A stretch of 64,000 nt of DNA from Candidatus Oxydemutatoraceae bacterium. Lineage in GTDB: Bacteria; Pseudomonadota; Gammaproteobacteria; Poriferisulfidales; Oxydemutatoraceae. The notes beneath the pieces were generated by a model. The model ran no database searches and was not told the origin of the DNA. It worked only from the letters and a program-made list of their open reading frames with translations. The stretch spans positions 576,001 to 640,000 of the forward strand of contig OZ244717.1 in NCBI GenBank assembly GCA_965218975.1, written 5' to 3'. Made by a program: the position numbers and the translations under genes. Positions 41,474-51,268 of the stretch are shown here, piece after piece (within the stretch, counting starts at the first letter, position 1; each line of letters starts with the position of its first letter).

Positions 41474-41783
41474 CTTACTGACTACGTCACTCACCTGGAT
41501 TCTTCTGTTTGTAGGCAGTTTCTTTCTAGTTACCGGCGGCTTTGGCTTGCTCCGAATGCCCGACTTTTTTACTCGGATACACGCAGCGGGGCTGATCGAT
41601 ACACTCGGTGCGATACTTGTCCTAAGCGGGTTAATGTTTTATATAGGATGGGAGAAAGAGCTCTTTAAAATTATCTTGATTATCATTTTATTGTTGGTAA
41701 CAGGTCCGGCGACCATGCACGCGATGTGCAAAACCATCCGCGATCAAGAGAAAAGATATAACCAAGAAAAGCTGTCGGATTGA
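41466..41783 (+). CDS. mrpG: Mrp antiporter subunit G
   Basis: RMPDFFTRIHAAG..DTLG. Confidence 0.9.
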   Translation: MIDLLTTSLTWILLFVGSFFLVTGGFGLLRMPDFFTRIHAAGLIDTLGAILVLSGLMFYIGWEKELFKIILIIILLLVTGPATMHAMCKTIRDQEKRYNQEKLSD

Positions 41784-42301
41784 TGGAACTACAACTTGAA
41801 TTGCTGCTACTGGCAATGCTTGCTGCAACCGCTGTATTGGTCGCCTTGAGCACCAATCTGTTTGTTGCAACAATGTTGGCAGGCATTTTTAGCTTGCTGA
41901 TTGCGCTGTTATTTGCAATCTTAGACGCCCCTGATGTTGCCTTTACCGAAGCCGCTGTAGGCGCCGGCGCTTCAACACTTTTATTTCTCGCAACACTGTC
42001 AAATACCGGACATTTCCATTCATACCGCAAACAGAGACATTTACCGGCAATCATTCTTGCGCTGACACTCGGGGCGCTGTTTATTTATTCAACCGTCGGA
42101 TTGCCGCCGTATGCCGATCCGTCGGCTCCCGCCCACCAGCATTTGGCACAGTATTTTTTAACTTGGACACCGGCGGAAATTGGCGTATCAAATGTCGTTA
42201 CCGCAGTGCTTGCCAGCTATCGCGGCTTTGATACGCTCGGTGAACTATTTATTATCTTCACTGCCGGTATCGCCACAATCGGTGTTTTTAGCGCACGATG
42301 A
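41780..42301 (+). CDS. Mrp subunit B-related protein (DUF4040)
   Basis: APDVAFTEAAVG, NVVTAVLASYRGFDTLGE. Confidence 0.88.
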   Translation: MMELQLELLLLAMLAATAVLVALSTNLFVATMLAGIFSLLIALLFAILDAPDVAFTEAAVGAGASTLLFLATLSNTGHFHSYRKQRHLPAIILALTLGALFIYSTVGLPPYADPSAPAHQHLAQYFLTWTPAEIGVSNVVTAVLASYRGFDTLGELFIIFTAGIATIGVFSAR

Positions 42302-42311
42302 AAAGACTAAT

Positions 42312-42734
42312 ATGATTATTCAAAAAAACCCTGTCCTGCGTGAAACCGCACATGCGCTTATCCCTCTGATCTTACTGTATGCGTTTTATGTGCAGTTTCA
42401 TGGTCACTTCGGACCGGGCGGCGGATTTCAGGCAGGTGTAATCTTTTCTGTCGGGTTGATCATTTACAAATTGATTTATGGTTTCGACCACACTCATTCA
42501 ATTGTCACTCCGCGCATTGCCGAAATTCTTGCCTGCGCAGGCGTTTTGTTATATTGCGGTGTTGGTTTTATCACCATGTTGCTGGGCGGAAGTTTCCTAG
42601 ACTATAACCTGCTTGCCTTCCAACCTTTGCTCGGTCAACACATCGGTATTTTTCTAGTTGAATTGGGTGTCGGCATCACCATCGTCGGTACTATTGTCGG
42701 TGTATTTCTTCTTGTTACCGAAACGCAATCATGA
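42312..42734 (+). CDS. mrpB: Mrp antiporter subunit B
   Basis: HGHFGPGGGFQAG; start at ATG 42312. Confidence 0.88.
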   Translation: MIIQKNPVLRETAHALIPLILLYAFYVQFHGHFGPGGGFQAGVIFSVGLIIYKLIYGFDHTHSIVTPRIAEILACAGVLLYCGVGFITMLLGGSFLDYNLLAFQPLLGQHIGIFLVELGVGITIVGTIVGVFLLVTETQS

Positions 42735-43081
42735 GTATGCATGAATGGTTTGAGAGTTACTACAGTTATTGGCTAACCATGCTACTGATGGTGATCGGTT
42801 TGTATATTGTGATTGCGTACGGCAATTTGGCAAAAAAATTGATCGGGTTGAATTTATTTCAAGGATCCGTCTTCGTTTTATTTATATTACTCGGCAAAAT
42901 TGACAACGGCAGCGCGCCGATTCTAACCGAAACAGCCGAAGCGTACGCCAACCCTCTACCGCATGTGTTGATACTGACCGCTATTGTCGTCGCTATTTCA
43001 TCAACTGCTTTGGGTCTGGCATTGATCATCCGCATTCATCGCGCATGGCACACTTTAGAGGAGAAAGACTTAGGTCGTTAA
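42731..43081 (+). CDS. mrpC: Mrp antiporter subunit C
   Basis: NPLPHVLILTAIVV. Confidence 0.92.
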   Translation: MSMHEWFESYYSYWLTMLLMVIGLYIVIAYGNLAKKLIGLNLFQGSVFVLFILLGKIDNGSAPILTETAEAYANPLPHVLILTAIVVAISSTALGLALIIRIHRAWHTLEEKDLGR

Positions 43082-43092
43082 TCGTACTGCCT

Positions 43093-44565
43093 ATGTTTGC
43101 TTATCTTCCGATACTGATCGTTGCTGTGCCGCTGTTTGCCGCACCGCTTTGTATATTGGCTCGTCGCACTGTTCTCGCCTGGATACTGGCGGTCGGTTGT
43201 GCAATCTTTACGCTGACCGCAGCCACGCAGATGCTAGCCGTCAGTTTGGATGGCACGGTTCTAATTCATCACTTAGGCGGCTGGGAGCCTCCGTGGGGAA
43301 TTGCTTATCGGGTTGCCACGAGCAACGCATTCATTGCATTGCTAATCGCATTCGTATTTAGCATCGTTCTGCTCTATGCAAAATGCAGTGTTTTGCAAGA
43401 GTTACGCGGCGGGCGGCCGGATATTTTCTTTGCAATCTGTCTGTTATTGCTAAGCGGATTGATGGGCGTGGTAATATCGCATGATTTATTTAACATTTTC
43501 ATTTTTCTTGAAATCGCCTCGTTATCGGGATATGCCTTAGTTGCATTTAAACCCGGCGGGCGCGCACCGCTTGCAGCATTTCGCTATCTGGTGATCGGCA
43601 CCCTTGGGGCAACATTGTTTTTAATCGGAATCGGCTACATCTACGCTTTGACCGGCACTTTAAATTTAAGCGATATCGCCCAGCGATTAACTGACGTTGC
43701 CGAAACCCGCCCGGCATTGGCGGCATTTGCGTTTATCGGGGTCGGGCTGATGCTGAAAATGGCATTATTTCCACTACACCAATGGTTGCCGGATGTTTAT
43801 ACTCAGGCCCCGGCGACGATATCCGCATTACTTAGTGCTGTTTCGGCAAAGGTTTCGTTGTATTTATTTATGACGTTATTCTTTCAGGTGTTTCAAATTC
43901 ATACTTCCGAAGGAGCCGGGCATTTTGATACCATCCTGTTATCACTTTCGATGGCGGCAATTCTATTCGGCGCAATCGCCGCAATCGGACAAACCAATGT
44001 GAAGCGGATGATGGCATACTCAAGCGTGTCACAAATTGGCTATCTAACTCTGAGCTTAGGGCTTGCTTCGATTGCCGGAATGACCGCATCTTTAATTCAC
44101 ATGTTCAATCATGCTTTCATCAAAGGCGGGTTATTTCTTGCGTTGGGAGGAGTCATTTATCGTTGTGGCAATGCGGACTTGTCCTCGTTTGCCGGGTTAG
44201 GCAAACGAATGCCGTATACTGCGGCGGCAATTGTCGTCGGTGGCCTGAGCCTGATCGGTATTCCTTTGACAAACGGCTTTATTAGCAAATGGTTTTTAAT
44301 CAGCGCACTATGGGAACAAGGCTTTTGGTTTTTTATCGCGCTAGTATTGCTTGGTTCTCTGCTAAGCGTCGTCTATGTTTGGCAGGTAATCGAACAAATG
44401 TACGCCCGCCCGCCCGCTGATAGGGCAAGCGATACAATTGAAGCGCCGTTTATATTGCTCGGCCCCATCTGGGTTTTCGCCGGACTCAATGTGTATCTTG
44501 GAATACATGCGAGCGGCTTGGTGCAAGTTGCTCAAATCTCCGCCCGAATACTGTTGAAGCAATAG
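43093..44565 (+). CDS. mrpD: Mrp antiporter subunit D (first paralogue)
   Basis: DLFNIFIFLE, KMALFPLHQWLP, KRMMAYSS; start at ATG 43093. Confidence 0.9.
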   Translation: MFAYLPILIVAVPLFAAPLCILARRTVLAWILAVGCAIFTLTAATQMLAVSLDGTVLIHHLGGWEPPWGIAYRVATSNAFIALLIAFVFSIVLLYAKCSVLQELRGGRPDIFFAICLLLLSGLMGVVISHDLFNIFIFLEIASLSGYALVAFKPGGRAPLAAFRYLVIGTLGATLFLIGIGYIYALTGTLNLSDIAQRLTDVAETRPALAAFAFIGVGLMLKMALFPLHQWLPDVYTQAPATISALLSAVSAKVSLYLFMTLFFQVFQIHTSEGAGHFDTILLSLSMAAILFGAIAAIGQTNVKRMMAYSSVSQIGYLTLSLGLASIAGMTASLIHMFNHAFIKGGLFLALGGVIYRCGNADLSSFAGLGKRMPYTAAAIVVGGLSLIGIPLTNGFISKWFLISALWEQGFWFFIALVLLGSLLSVVYVWQVIEQMYARPPADRASDTIEAPFILLGPIWVFAGLNVYLGIHASGLVQVAQISARILLKQ

Positions 44566-44572
44566 TATAGCG

Positions 44573-46009
44573 ATGAGCACTCTCCAGAATCTATTATTAT
44601 GGACAATTGCGTTGCCATTTATCGGGGCTTTGTCAATTGCATTTGCCGGACGCCGTCGTGATGTACCGGCGCTGACGATTCCTTTTGCCACACTGATTCT
44701 CCTTCTTTTGCTGGCGTATTCGTTTATGCAGGTATCTACCGAGCAAACAGTCGGTTTTGTACTTGGCGAACTGGCGCCGGGTTTGCCAATCAGCTTTGCG
44801 ATTGAACCCCTCGGCATGATTTTTGCCTGCGTCGTCGGTATTTTGTGGACGGTTAGTATGCTGTATTCGCTTGATTACCTATATGCAAATGGCCTGCAAA
44901 GCAAAACCCGATTTTGTGTTTGTTTTTTTCTCGCCATCGGCAGTACTTTAGGAATCGCATTTGCCGGTGATTTGTTAACACTGCTAATTTTTTACGAACT
45001 GCTGACTTTGGTGACATATCCTTTGGTAACACATAGTGGAAGCGATGCGGCCAAACGTGCCGGGCGGATTTATCTTGCCTTCTTGCTTGGTTCTTCATTT
45101 TTGTTGTTCTTGCCGGGCATTGTCTGGCTCTGGCTAAATTACGGCACTTTAACATTTACTTCCGGGGGGATTGTTGGCGCGCAACCGCCGCATGCGATAT
45201 GGTTATTGATACTTGCTTTTGGCGTTGGCAAAGCGGCATTGATGCCATTTCACCGCTGGTTACCCGAAGCGATGGTCGCACCGGCGCCGGTAAGCGCACT
45301 CCTGCATGCTGTTGCCGTTGTTAAAGCCGGTGTGTTTACAATCGCAAAAATTGTTATTTATATCTTCGGGCCGGATTTTCTAGCGGCAAACGGCGGAAAC
45401 TGGTTAGTTTATATTGCCGGCATTAGTATCTTAATCGCATCGTTGCTCGCACTGCATCAAGACAGCTTAAAGAAACGGCTTGCTTATTCAACCGTCAGTC
45501 AACTGTCCTACATTACGATGGGCGCAGCGCTGCTAAATCCGGCGGTCAGCGGAGCAGTTTTTCATTTGGCAGCGCACGCTTTTGCAAAGATCACGCTGTT
45601 TTTTGTTGCCGGAGCTATTCAAACCGTGACCGGGAAAGAAAAGATCAGCGAGCTTCGCGGCATCGGACAGGCAATGCCGTGGACAATGACATGCTTTACG
45701 ATAGCCGCTGTCTCTTTAATTGGTTTGCCCCCCACCGCCGGCTTTGTCAGCAAATGGTACTTACTTGACGGCGCAATTCATTCGGCACATTATTTTGCCA
45801 TCGGTGTATGGATCGTCAGCACTTTGCTGAACATTGCATATTTCGCACCGATCATTTGTCGCGCATTTACCCCCGACTCACAAATCAACCCCTATGATTC
45901 ACGCGAGGCGCCGTTCGGAATGTTGATTGCAATGCTTCTAACCACATTGGCTGTTTTATTGTTATTCCTTTTCCCCGAATGGGTACTGAATCCGGCGCGG
46001 AAGATTTGA
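44573..46009 (+). CDS. Mrp subunit D/A-family protein (second paralogue)
   Basis: KAALMPFHRWLPEAMVAP, LLHAVAVVKAG, RLAYSTVSQL. Confidence 0.9.
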   Translation: MSTLQNLLLWTIALPFIGALSIAFAGRRRDVPALTIPFATLILLLLLAYSFMQVSTEQTVGFVLGELAPGLPISFAIEPLGMIFACVVGILWTVSMLYSLDYLYANGLQSKTRFCVCFFLAIGSTLGIAFAGDLLTLLIFYELLTLVTYPLVTHSGSDAAKRAGRIYLAFLLGSSFLLFLPGIVWLWLNYGTLTFTSGGIVGAQPPHAIWLLILAFGVGKAALMPFHRWLPEAMVAPAPVSALLHAVAVVKAGVFTIAKIVIYIFGPDFLAANGGNWLVYIAGISILIASLLALHQDSLKKRLAYSTVSQLSYITMGAALLNPAVSGAVFHLAAHAFAKITLFFVAGAIQTVTGKEKISELRGIGQAMPWTMTCFTIAAVSLIGLPPTAGFVSKWYLLDGAIHSAHYFAIGVWIVSTLLNIAYFAPIICRAFTPDSQINPYDSREAPFGMLIAMLLTTLAVLLLFLFPEWVLNPARKI

Positions 46010-46242
46010 TGCGGAAAATACATTTTGGGGTCTATTTGGCAATAATGCTATTTGCCTCAGTGTTGGCAGAAACCTTGATTGTACGTAAAGAGTATTTTGC
46101 TTCGGACAGCCTTGGCTTTTTTGCTTGGTACGGATTTTTAAGTTCTCTGGGATTAATTGGTGTGACAAAGCTCTTCGCATCATTGATTAAACGCGATGAC
46201 AGCTACTACTTGAATCGGGAACGAGATGCCGATAATGATTGA
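46009..46242 (+). CDS. Small membrane protein of Mrp operons
   Basis: Two TMs, GFFAWYGF..KRDDSYY; translationally coupled on both sides. Confidence 0.75.
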   Translation: MRKIHFGVYLAIMLFASVLAETLIVRKEYFASDSLGFFAWYGFLSSLGLIGVTKLFASLIKRDDSYYLNRERDADND

Positions 46243-47914
46243 AACTGCCTTCAATCCCGGATGGCTGCCGATTGCCGTAGCGTTCTTGATCCCAATATTG
46301 AGTAGACCCGCACGTGGTCTAGTGTTGCTGGTTACACCGCTTATAGTCTTAGCACTCGTTTGGTTAACTGTTACCGCACCCTCCGGCAGCGGGTTTCTCA
46401 AGCTAACGCCGCATGCGTCTGTGGCACACGCTTTCGGGCATTTCTTTGCGATCGTTTTCGCCATCGCATTATTTGCCGGAAATCTGTTTGCTTTGAAGCA
46501 AGCAAACACGCTGGAATTAAGCGCTGCGTCTTTTTATGCCGGCAGTGCTATTTATGCTGTGCTATGTAACGACCTTTTGTCATTCGTCATTTTTTGGGAA
46601 TTGATGATGTTGGGGTCGGCCGGGATTATTTTTGCGGCGGGAACCTCAACGGCTCGACAAGCGGGTATTCGTTATTTATTAGTCCACGGTTTATCCGGTG
46701 TGCTGTTGTTGATAGGGGTGCTGGGGGTCATCGGTCACACCGATGATGCGGCTTTGCGCACTTTGTCATTGGAACATTGGTATCACTGGTTGATTTTGTT
46801 TGGCTTATTAATCAATGCAGGCGCACCGCCATTGTCCGCATGGGTGAGCGATGCCTATCCCGAAGCGAGTCCTAGCGGCAGCGTTTACTTATCAGCTTTT
46901 ACAACCAAAACCGCAGTGTTCGGACTGCTGATCTTATTCCCCGGCGAGGCGGTCTTGATTCCTGTCGGATTGTATATGGTTTTCTACGGCATCATTTATG
47001 CGCTAGGTGAAAACGACATGCGGCGGATTCTTTCTTACAGCATCGTTAATCAAGTCGGCTTCATGATAGCCGGCATCGGTATCGGTACGACATTAGCGTT
47101 AAACGGCGCGGCGATGCATGCTTTTACACACATTATTTATAAAGCGCTGTTGATGATGTCTGCCGGTAGTGTTTTGTTGATGACCCAGCAACGAAAGTGC
47201 ACGCAACTCGGCGGACTTTATCACAGTATGCGGCTGACAACCGTTTGCGGCATCATCGGGGCATTGGCAATTTCCGCTTTCCCGCTCACTTCCGGTTTCG
47301 TATCAAAACCTATGATAGGGCAAGCAGCGCTAGATCAACACCTGCTGTGGTTATGGTTGGCGCTGACCGCCGGTTCTGCCGGTGTGTTTCTTCATGCCGG
47401 AATTAAATTCCCATGGTTCGTATTTTTTCAGAAAGATTCCGGGCTGAGACCAAAGGACCCGCCGACTAATATGTGTAGTGCGATGGTTTTATCTGCACTG
47501 CTATGTATATTTCTAGGTGTTTTCCCAACGGTTTTATATAGTATCCAACCCTTAGCAGTTGCATACGTTCCATACACCGCCGAGCACCTAGTTACAAAAT
47601 TTCAATTGCTGCTGTTTGCTGGGACGGCATTCTTTATTTGTTTACCATGGCTAAAACGCGAGCAGGTCATTAGTTTGGATACCGACTGGTTATACCGCAG
47701 AGCTTTGCCGGTCGTCGCGCGGCAGATCAGTTTATGGCTTGTAATCGGTTCAAAAATATTAGATAAACCCGGCTGTCAAATCGTGCAACAGACACTGCAG
47801 CAAATCCGGAAATATCAAACAAGTGATCCGTTACTTGCTCAAAACGCCCAATCTGCCGTCATGGTCATTTGGTTAGCGACGTTACTTGCGCTGGTGCTAT
47901 TTATTTATTACTAA
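46226..47914 (+). CDS. Mrp subunit D-family protein (third paralogue)
   Basis: DAYPEAS, LSAFTTKT, YSIVNQVG, HIIYKALL. Confidence 0.9.
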   Translation: MPIMIETAFNPGWLPIAVAFLIPILSRPARGLVLLVTPLIVLALVWLTVTAPSGSGFLKLTPHASVAHAFGHFFAIVFAIALFAGNLFALKQANTLELSAASFYAGSAIYAVLCNDLLSFVIFWELMMLGSAGIIFAAGTSTARQAGIRYLLVHGLSGVLLLIGVLGVIGHTDDAALRTLSLEHWYHWLILFGLLINAGAPPLSAWVSDAYPEASPSGSVYLSAFTTKTAVFGLLILFPGEAVLIPVGLYMVFYGIIYALGENDMRRILSYSIVNQVGFMIAGIGIGTTLALNGAAMHAFTHIIYKALLMMSAGSVLLMTQQRKCTQLGGLYHSMRLTTVCGIIGALAISAFPLTSGFVSKPMIGQAALDQHLLWLWLALTAGSAGVFLHAGIKFPWFVFFQKDSGLRPKDPPTNMCSAMVLSALLCIFLGVFPTVLYSIQPLAVAYVPYTAEHLVTKFQLLLFAGTAFFICLPWLKREQVISLDTDWLYRRALPVVARQISLWLVIGSKILDKPGCQIVQQTLQQIRKYQTSDPLLAQNAQSAVMVIWLATLLALVLFIYY

Positions 47915-48101
47915 GTATGATTGGCTGAGGCTTTTATTTTTTCTTTACTGCCGAAAAAAGCAGCGGGCAAATAAGCGCTCCGCGCATAGGCAAATTTCAG
48001 TTTGAACCTGCAATATCCCGTGAATAGAAGTAATAAATAGTCGATAGGCTCTATTTAGTTTCGTAAATCCACGTTATATGGTGAGAAAAGCGAGTATAAA
48101 T

Positions 48102-48959
48102 TTACCTTCCCGGAAAATTTCCAATGGCGATAGAAGAACGCCAAAGTCCGAATAAAAGGATGCTGATCCAAACAGTGGCGACCCAACCGCCCAAGACATC
48201 GGTACCGAGCCACGCGGATGCCGAATCGCCCGGAGACGTGAGATACTGAAACAGCTTGAGGCTGAACACCATGGCTGCATGTGCGCCGATGCAAAGTGCC
48301 AAACAATTAAAACGCAGCCGCAACATACCGAGGCCGAGACCGACTAAAAACAACAGACAAAGGCGCGGCATCTGCTCAGCCCACTGAGTAGGCATTTCAA
48401 GCACAGCATCAATCAGCAGTACCCATCCTCCGTCCCATTGGCCGTTCAACATCGGCCCGGGCGCGGGGTTGAGGAAATGTATCCCCGCGTAGAACAGAGC
48501 CGAAGCCACCAGCGGCGCCCGGGACCGGGATGTCCGGGACAGTAGCAGACCACGAAAATATAGTTCCTCCACTGCGGCCACAATCATTGCGCTCGTCAGG
48601 TATGTCGCGATTCGGTAGCCTAGTTCGGAATTCCGTTCCCACGGATCAACCATCATGCGCGCATCCAGTATCAGCAAAAAAATCCACCAGGGTGTCAACA
48701 GTGCAACCGTAACCGCAAAGGTCGATAGTGTTTGCACCAGAAAAGATCCGACATTGGTTTGCAGACCGAGGGCACTACGGCTGACCCGCCGGCGTGCCCA
48801 GAATGCGAGGACTATTACAGCGGTCAGTAATGCGCCGTATCTGACGAATTTATGATGCGGAACCGGCGGCAGCCACAACGCGTATATTAAACCCCATAGA
48901 AAGGCCCCGCCTGCCAACGCAACGAGAAAGAGCAAAGAGTAAACCCAAAAATTGCGCAT
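48102..48959 (-). CDS. CPBP (CAAX/Abi) intramembrane glutamic endopeptidase
   Basis: EELYFRG, FYAGIH, IGAHA; multiple TMs. Confidence 0.85.
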   Translation of the reverse strand: MRNFWVYSLLFLVALAGGAFLWGLIYALWLPPVPHHKFVRYGALLTAVIVLAFWARRRVSRSALGLQTNVGSFLVQTLSTFAVTVALLTPWWIFLLILDARMMVDPWERNSELGYRIATYLTSAMIVAAVEELYFRGLLLSRTSRSRAPLVASALFYAGIHFLNPAPGPMLNGQWDGGWVLLIDAVLEMPTQWAEQMPRLCLLFLVGLGLGMLRLRFNCLALCIGAHAAMVFSLKLFQYLTSPGDSASAWLGTDVLGGWVATVWISILLFGLWRSSIAIGNFPGR

Positions 48960-49468
48960 GAGCGGCTAACTCACTTTATTCTATCCGGGCATGCAACAGC
49001 GAAAAGCAATAGAGTTGATAGAGCATGCCGGTTTAAATGTCAATGAGATCATCTTGCGCAAGTTTGAGTTTCTTTGCTCGCGCTTAAAGATATTAGAAGG
49101 GCACACTCTTTGTCGACCCGGTAGCTGTTTGTGATGATGCGCCATAGATAAGTTTCTGTTATACGTGCCCGGATACCATACCGGATTTTGGACCTAAGAA
49201 AGTAACATTAATAATCTAGTCTACTCCAAAGACGGCAGACGTCACATTCTATTTGATGCGAGCCGTATGGAAGCAAAAGCCGGAGGTGATGTCTTGGATG
49301 GGAAACCAATCTTGTCAGGCAACACAACATTAAGCGAGCTTAAATTACTTGCGCTAGAAACTGTACGATGCCACCCTAAATGGGATTTTTGAAGGGCTTC
49401 GGGGGAAGCGTTCGGCAGTAACATTCGGATCGGTGCTTTCTGTCCGTTGCCGGCATGAGGACGGTGCA

Positions 49469-50931
49469 GGGTGAGACGCGCCCGGAAAACCAATTGGTTT
49501 TCAGCGGTGAACGACCCGACAAGGATGTCGGGGCTGGGGCTTGTTGACAGAACCCAGTCGCGTCATGGGTGAGACGCGCCCGGAAAACCAATTGGTTTTC
49601 AGCGGTGAACGACCCGACAAGGATGTCGGGGCTGGGGCTTGTTGACAGAACCCAGTCGCGTCATGGATGACAGGCACTTTGCCGACAATCCGGCACAATC
49701 CGCCGAAAATCCACCAACAAACACAAAACGGTTTCATCAGCTCAAAGATTTTATTGCTGCCGAGATTCGGATAAGCTTGGCGCAGGGTGAGACGCGCCCG
49801 GAAAACCGATCGGTTTTCAGCGGCGAACGACCCGACAAGGACGTCGGGGCTGGCGTTCATTAACAGAACCAAGTCTCGTCATGGGTGAGACGCGCCCGGA
49901 AAACCAATTGGTTTTCAGCGGTGAACGACCCGACAAGGATGTCGGGGCTGGGGCTTGTTGACAGAACCCAGTCGCGTCATGGATGACAGGCACTTTGCCG
50001 ACAATCCGGCACAATCCGCCGAAAATCCGCCAACAAACACAAAACGGTTTCATCAGCTCAAAGATTTTATTGCTGCCGAGATTCGGATAAGCCTGGCGCA
50101 GGGTGAGACGCGCCCGGAAAACCAATTGGTTTTCAGCGGTGAACGACCCGACACGGACGTCGGGGCTGGGGCTTGTTGACAGAACCCAGTCGCGTCATGG
50201 GTGAGACGCGCCCGGAAAACCAATTGGTTTTCAGCGGTGAACGACCCGACAAGGACGTCGGGGCTGGGGCTTGTTGACAGAACCCAGTCGCGTCATGGAT
50301 GACAGGCACTTTGCCGACAATCCGGCACAATCCGCCGAAAATCCGGCAACAAACACAAAACGGTTTCATCAGCTCAAAGATTTTATTGCTGCCGAGATTC
50401 GGATAAGCCTGGCGCAGGGTGAGACGCGCCTGGAAAACCGATCGGTTTTCAGCGGCGAACGACCCGACAAGGACGTCGGGGCTGGCGTTCATTAACAGAA
50501 CCAAGTCTCGTCATGGGTGAGACGCGCCCGGAAAACCAATTGGTTTTCAGCGGTGAACGACCCGACAAGGACGTCGGGGCTGGGGCTTGTTGACAGAACC
50601 CAGTCGCGTCATGGGTGAGACGCGCCCGGAAAACCGATCGGTTTTCAGCGGTGAACGACCCGACAAGGACGTCGGGGCTGGGGCTTGTTGACAGAACCCA
50701 GTCGCGTCATGGACGACAGGCACTTTGCTGAAAATCCACCAACAAACACAAAACGGTTTCATCAGCTCAAAGATTTTATTGCTGCCGAGATTCGGATAAG
50801 CCTGGCGCAGGGTGAGACGCGCCTGGAAAACCGATCGGTTTTCAGCGGCGAACGACCCGACACGGACGTCGGGGCTGGCACTCATTAATAGAACCAAGTT
50901 TCGTCATGGACGACAGGCACTTTGCTGACAA
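49469..50931 (-). repeat. Higher-order tandem array: ten 98-bp structured A units with four 120/99-bp B spacers
   Basis: A units start at 49469, 49567, 49785, 49883, 50101, 50199, 50417, 50515, 50613, 50810; B at 49665, 49981, 50297 (120 bp) and 50711 (99 bp); partial B at 50908. Confidence 0.97.
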
Positions 50932-51239
50932 CCCGCTGGCGCCTCTTACGCGGCGCTTTGCCGCGATCATGTAAGGCGCTGAGGCCAATGCGGCGATAAC
51001 GCCGACGCCAGCGGTACAAAGTACTGCGACCGATCTTAAATGCGTTCGGGAGTTACAACCCTCCCAAAATAATAGGGCATCATATTTCTGTTGAGCCGTT
51101 GTGTTCATAATAGCCTCTATTTTTGAAGCAAAATTGGCTCATATAGAAACCTTTGATGCGGTGGCCGATGTGCTGATATTGCATATCGGTTACCTTTTCG
51201 AGTCGTGCCGTGAGTCCCATATGTATCTGGCACTATACA
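50932..51239 (-). mobile_element. IS481-like type A left end with frameshifted transposase N-terminus
   Basis: Ends ...CACTATACA at 51239; minus-strand fragments MQYQHIGHRIKGFY, MNTTAQQKYDALLFWE, AFKIGRSTLYRWRRRY. Confidence 0.85.
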
Positions 51240-51268
51240 TGATACGCTTGTAAAATGGAGGTGTTTTT

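Noticed and set aside
49258-49295. GAGCCGTATG resembling group II intron domain V
   Set aside because: No complementary 3' arm or domain VI, and no reverse transcriptase ORF nearby.
49376-50897. Repeated ORFs across the array as real genes or an endless ORF
   Set aside because: The 98- and 316-bp periods are not multiples of three and every frame hits stops within ~125 codons; these are by-products of the repeat.
49469-50931. CRISPR or TIGR-like guide array
   Set aside because: Units are 98 bp, often directly adjacent, and the intervening B segments are near-identical rather than unique; no cas or Nop-domain gene in the window.
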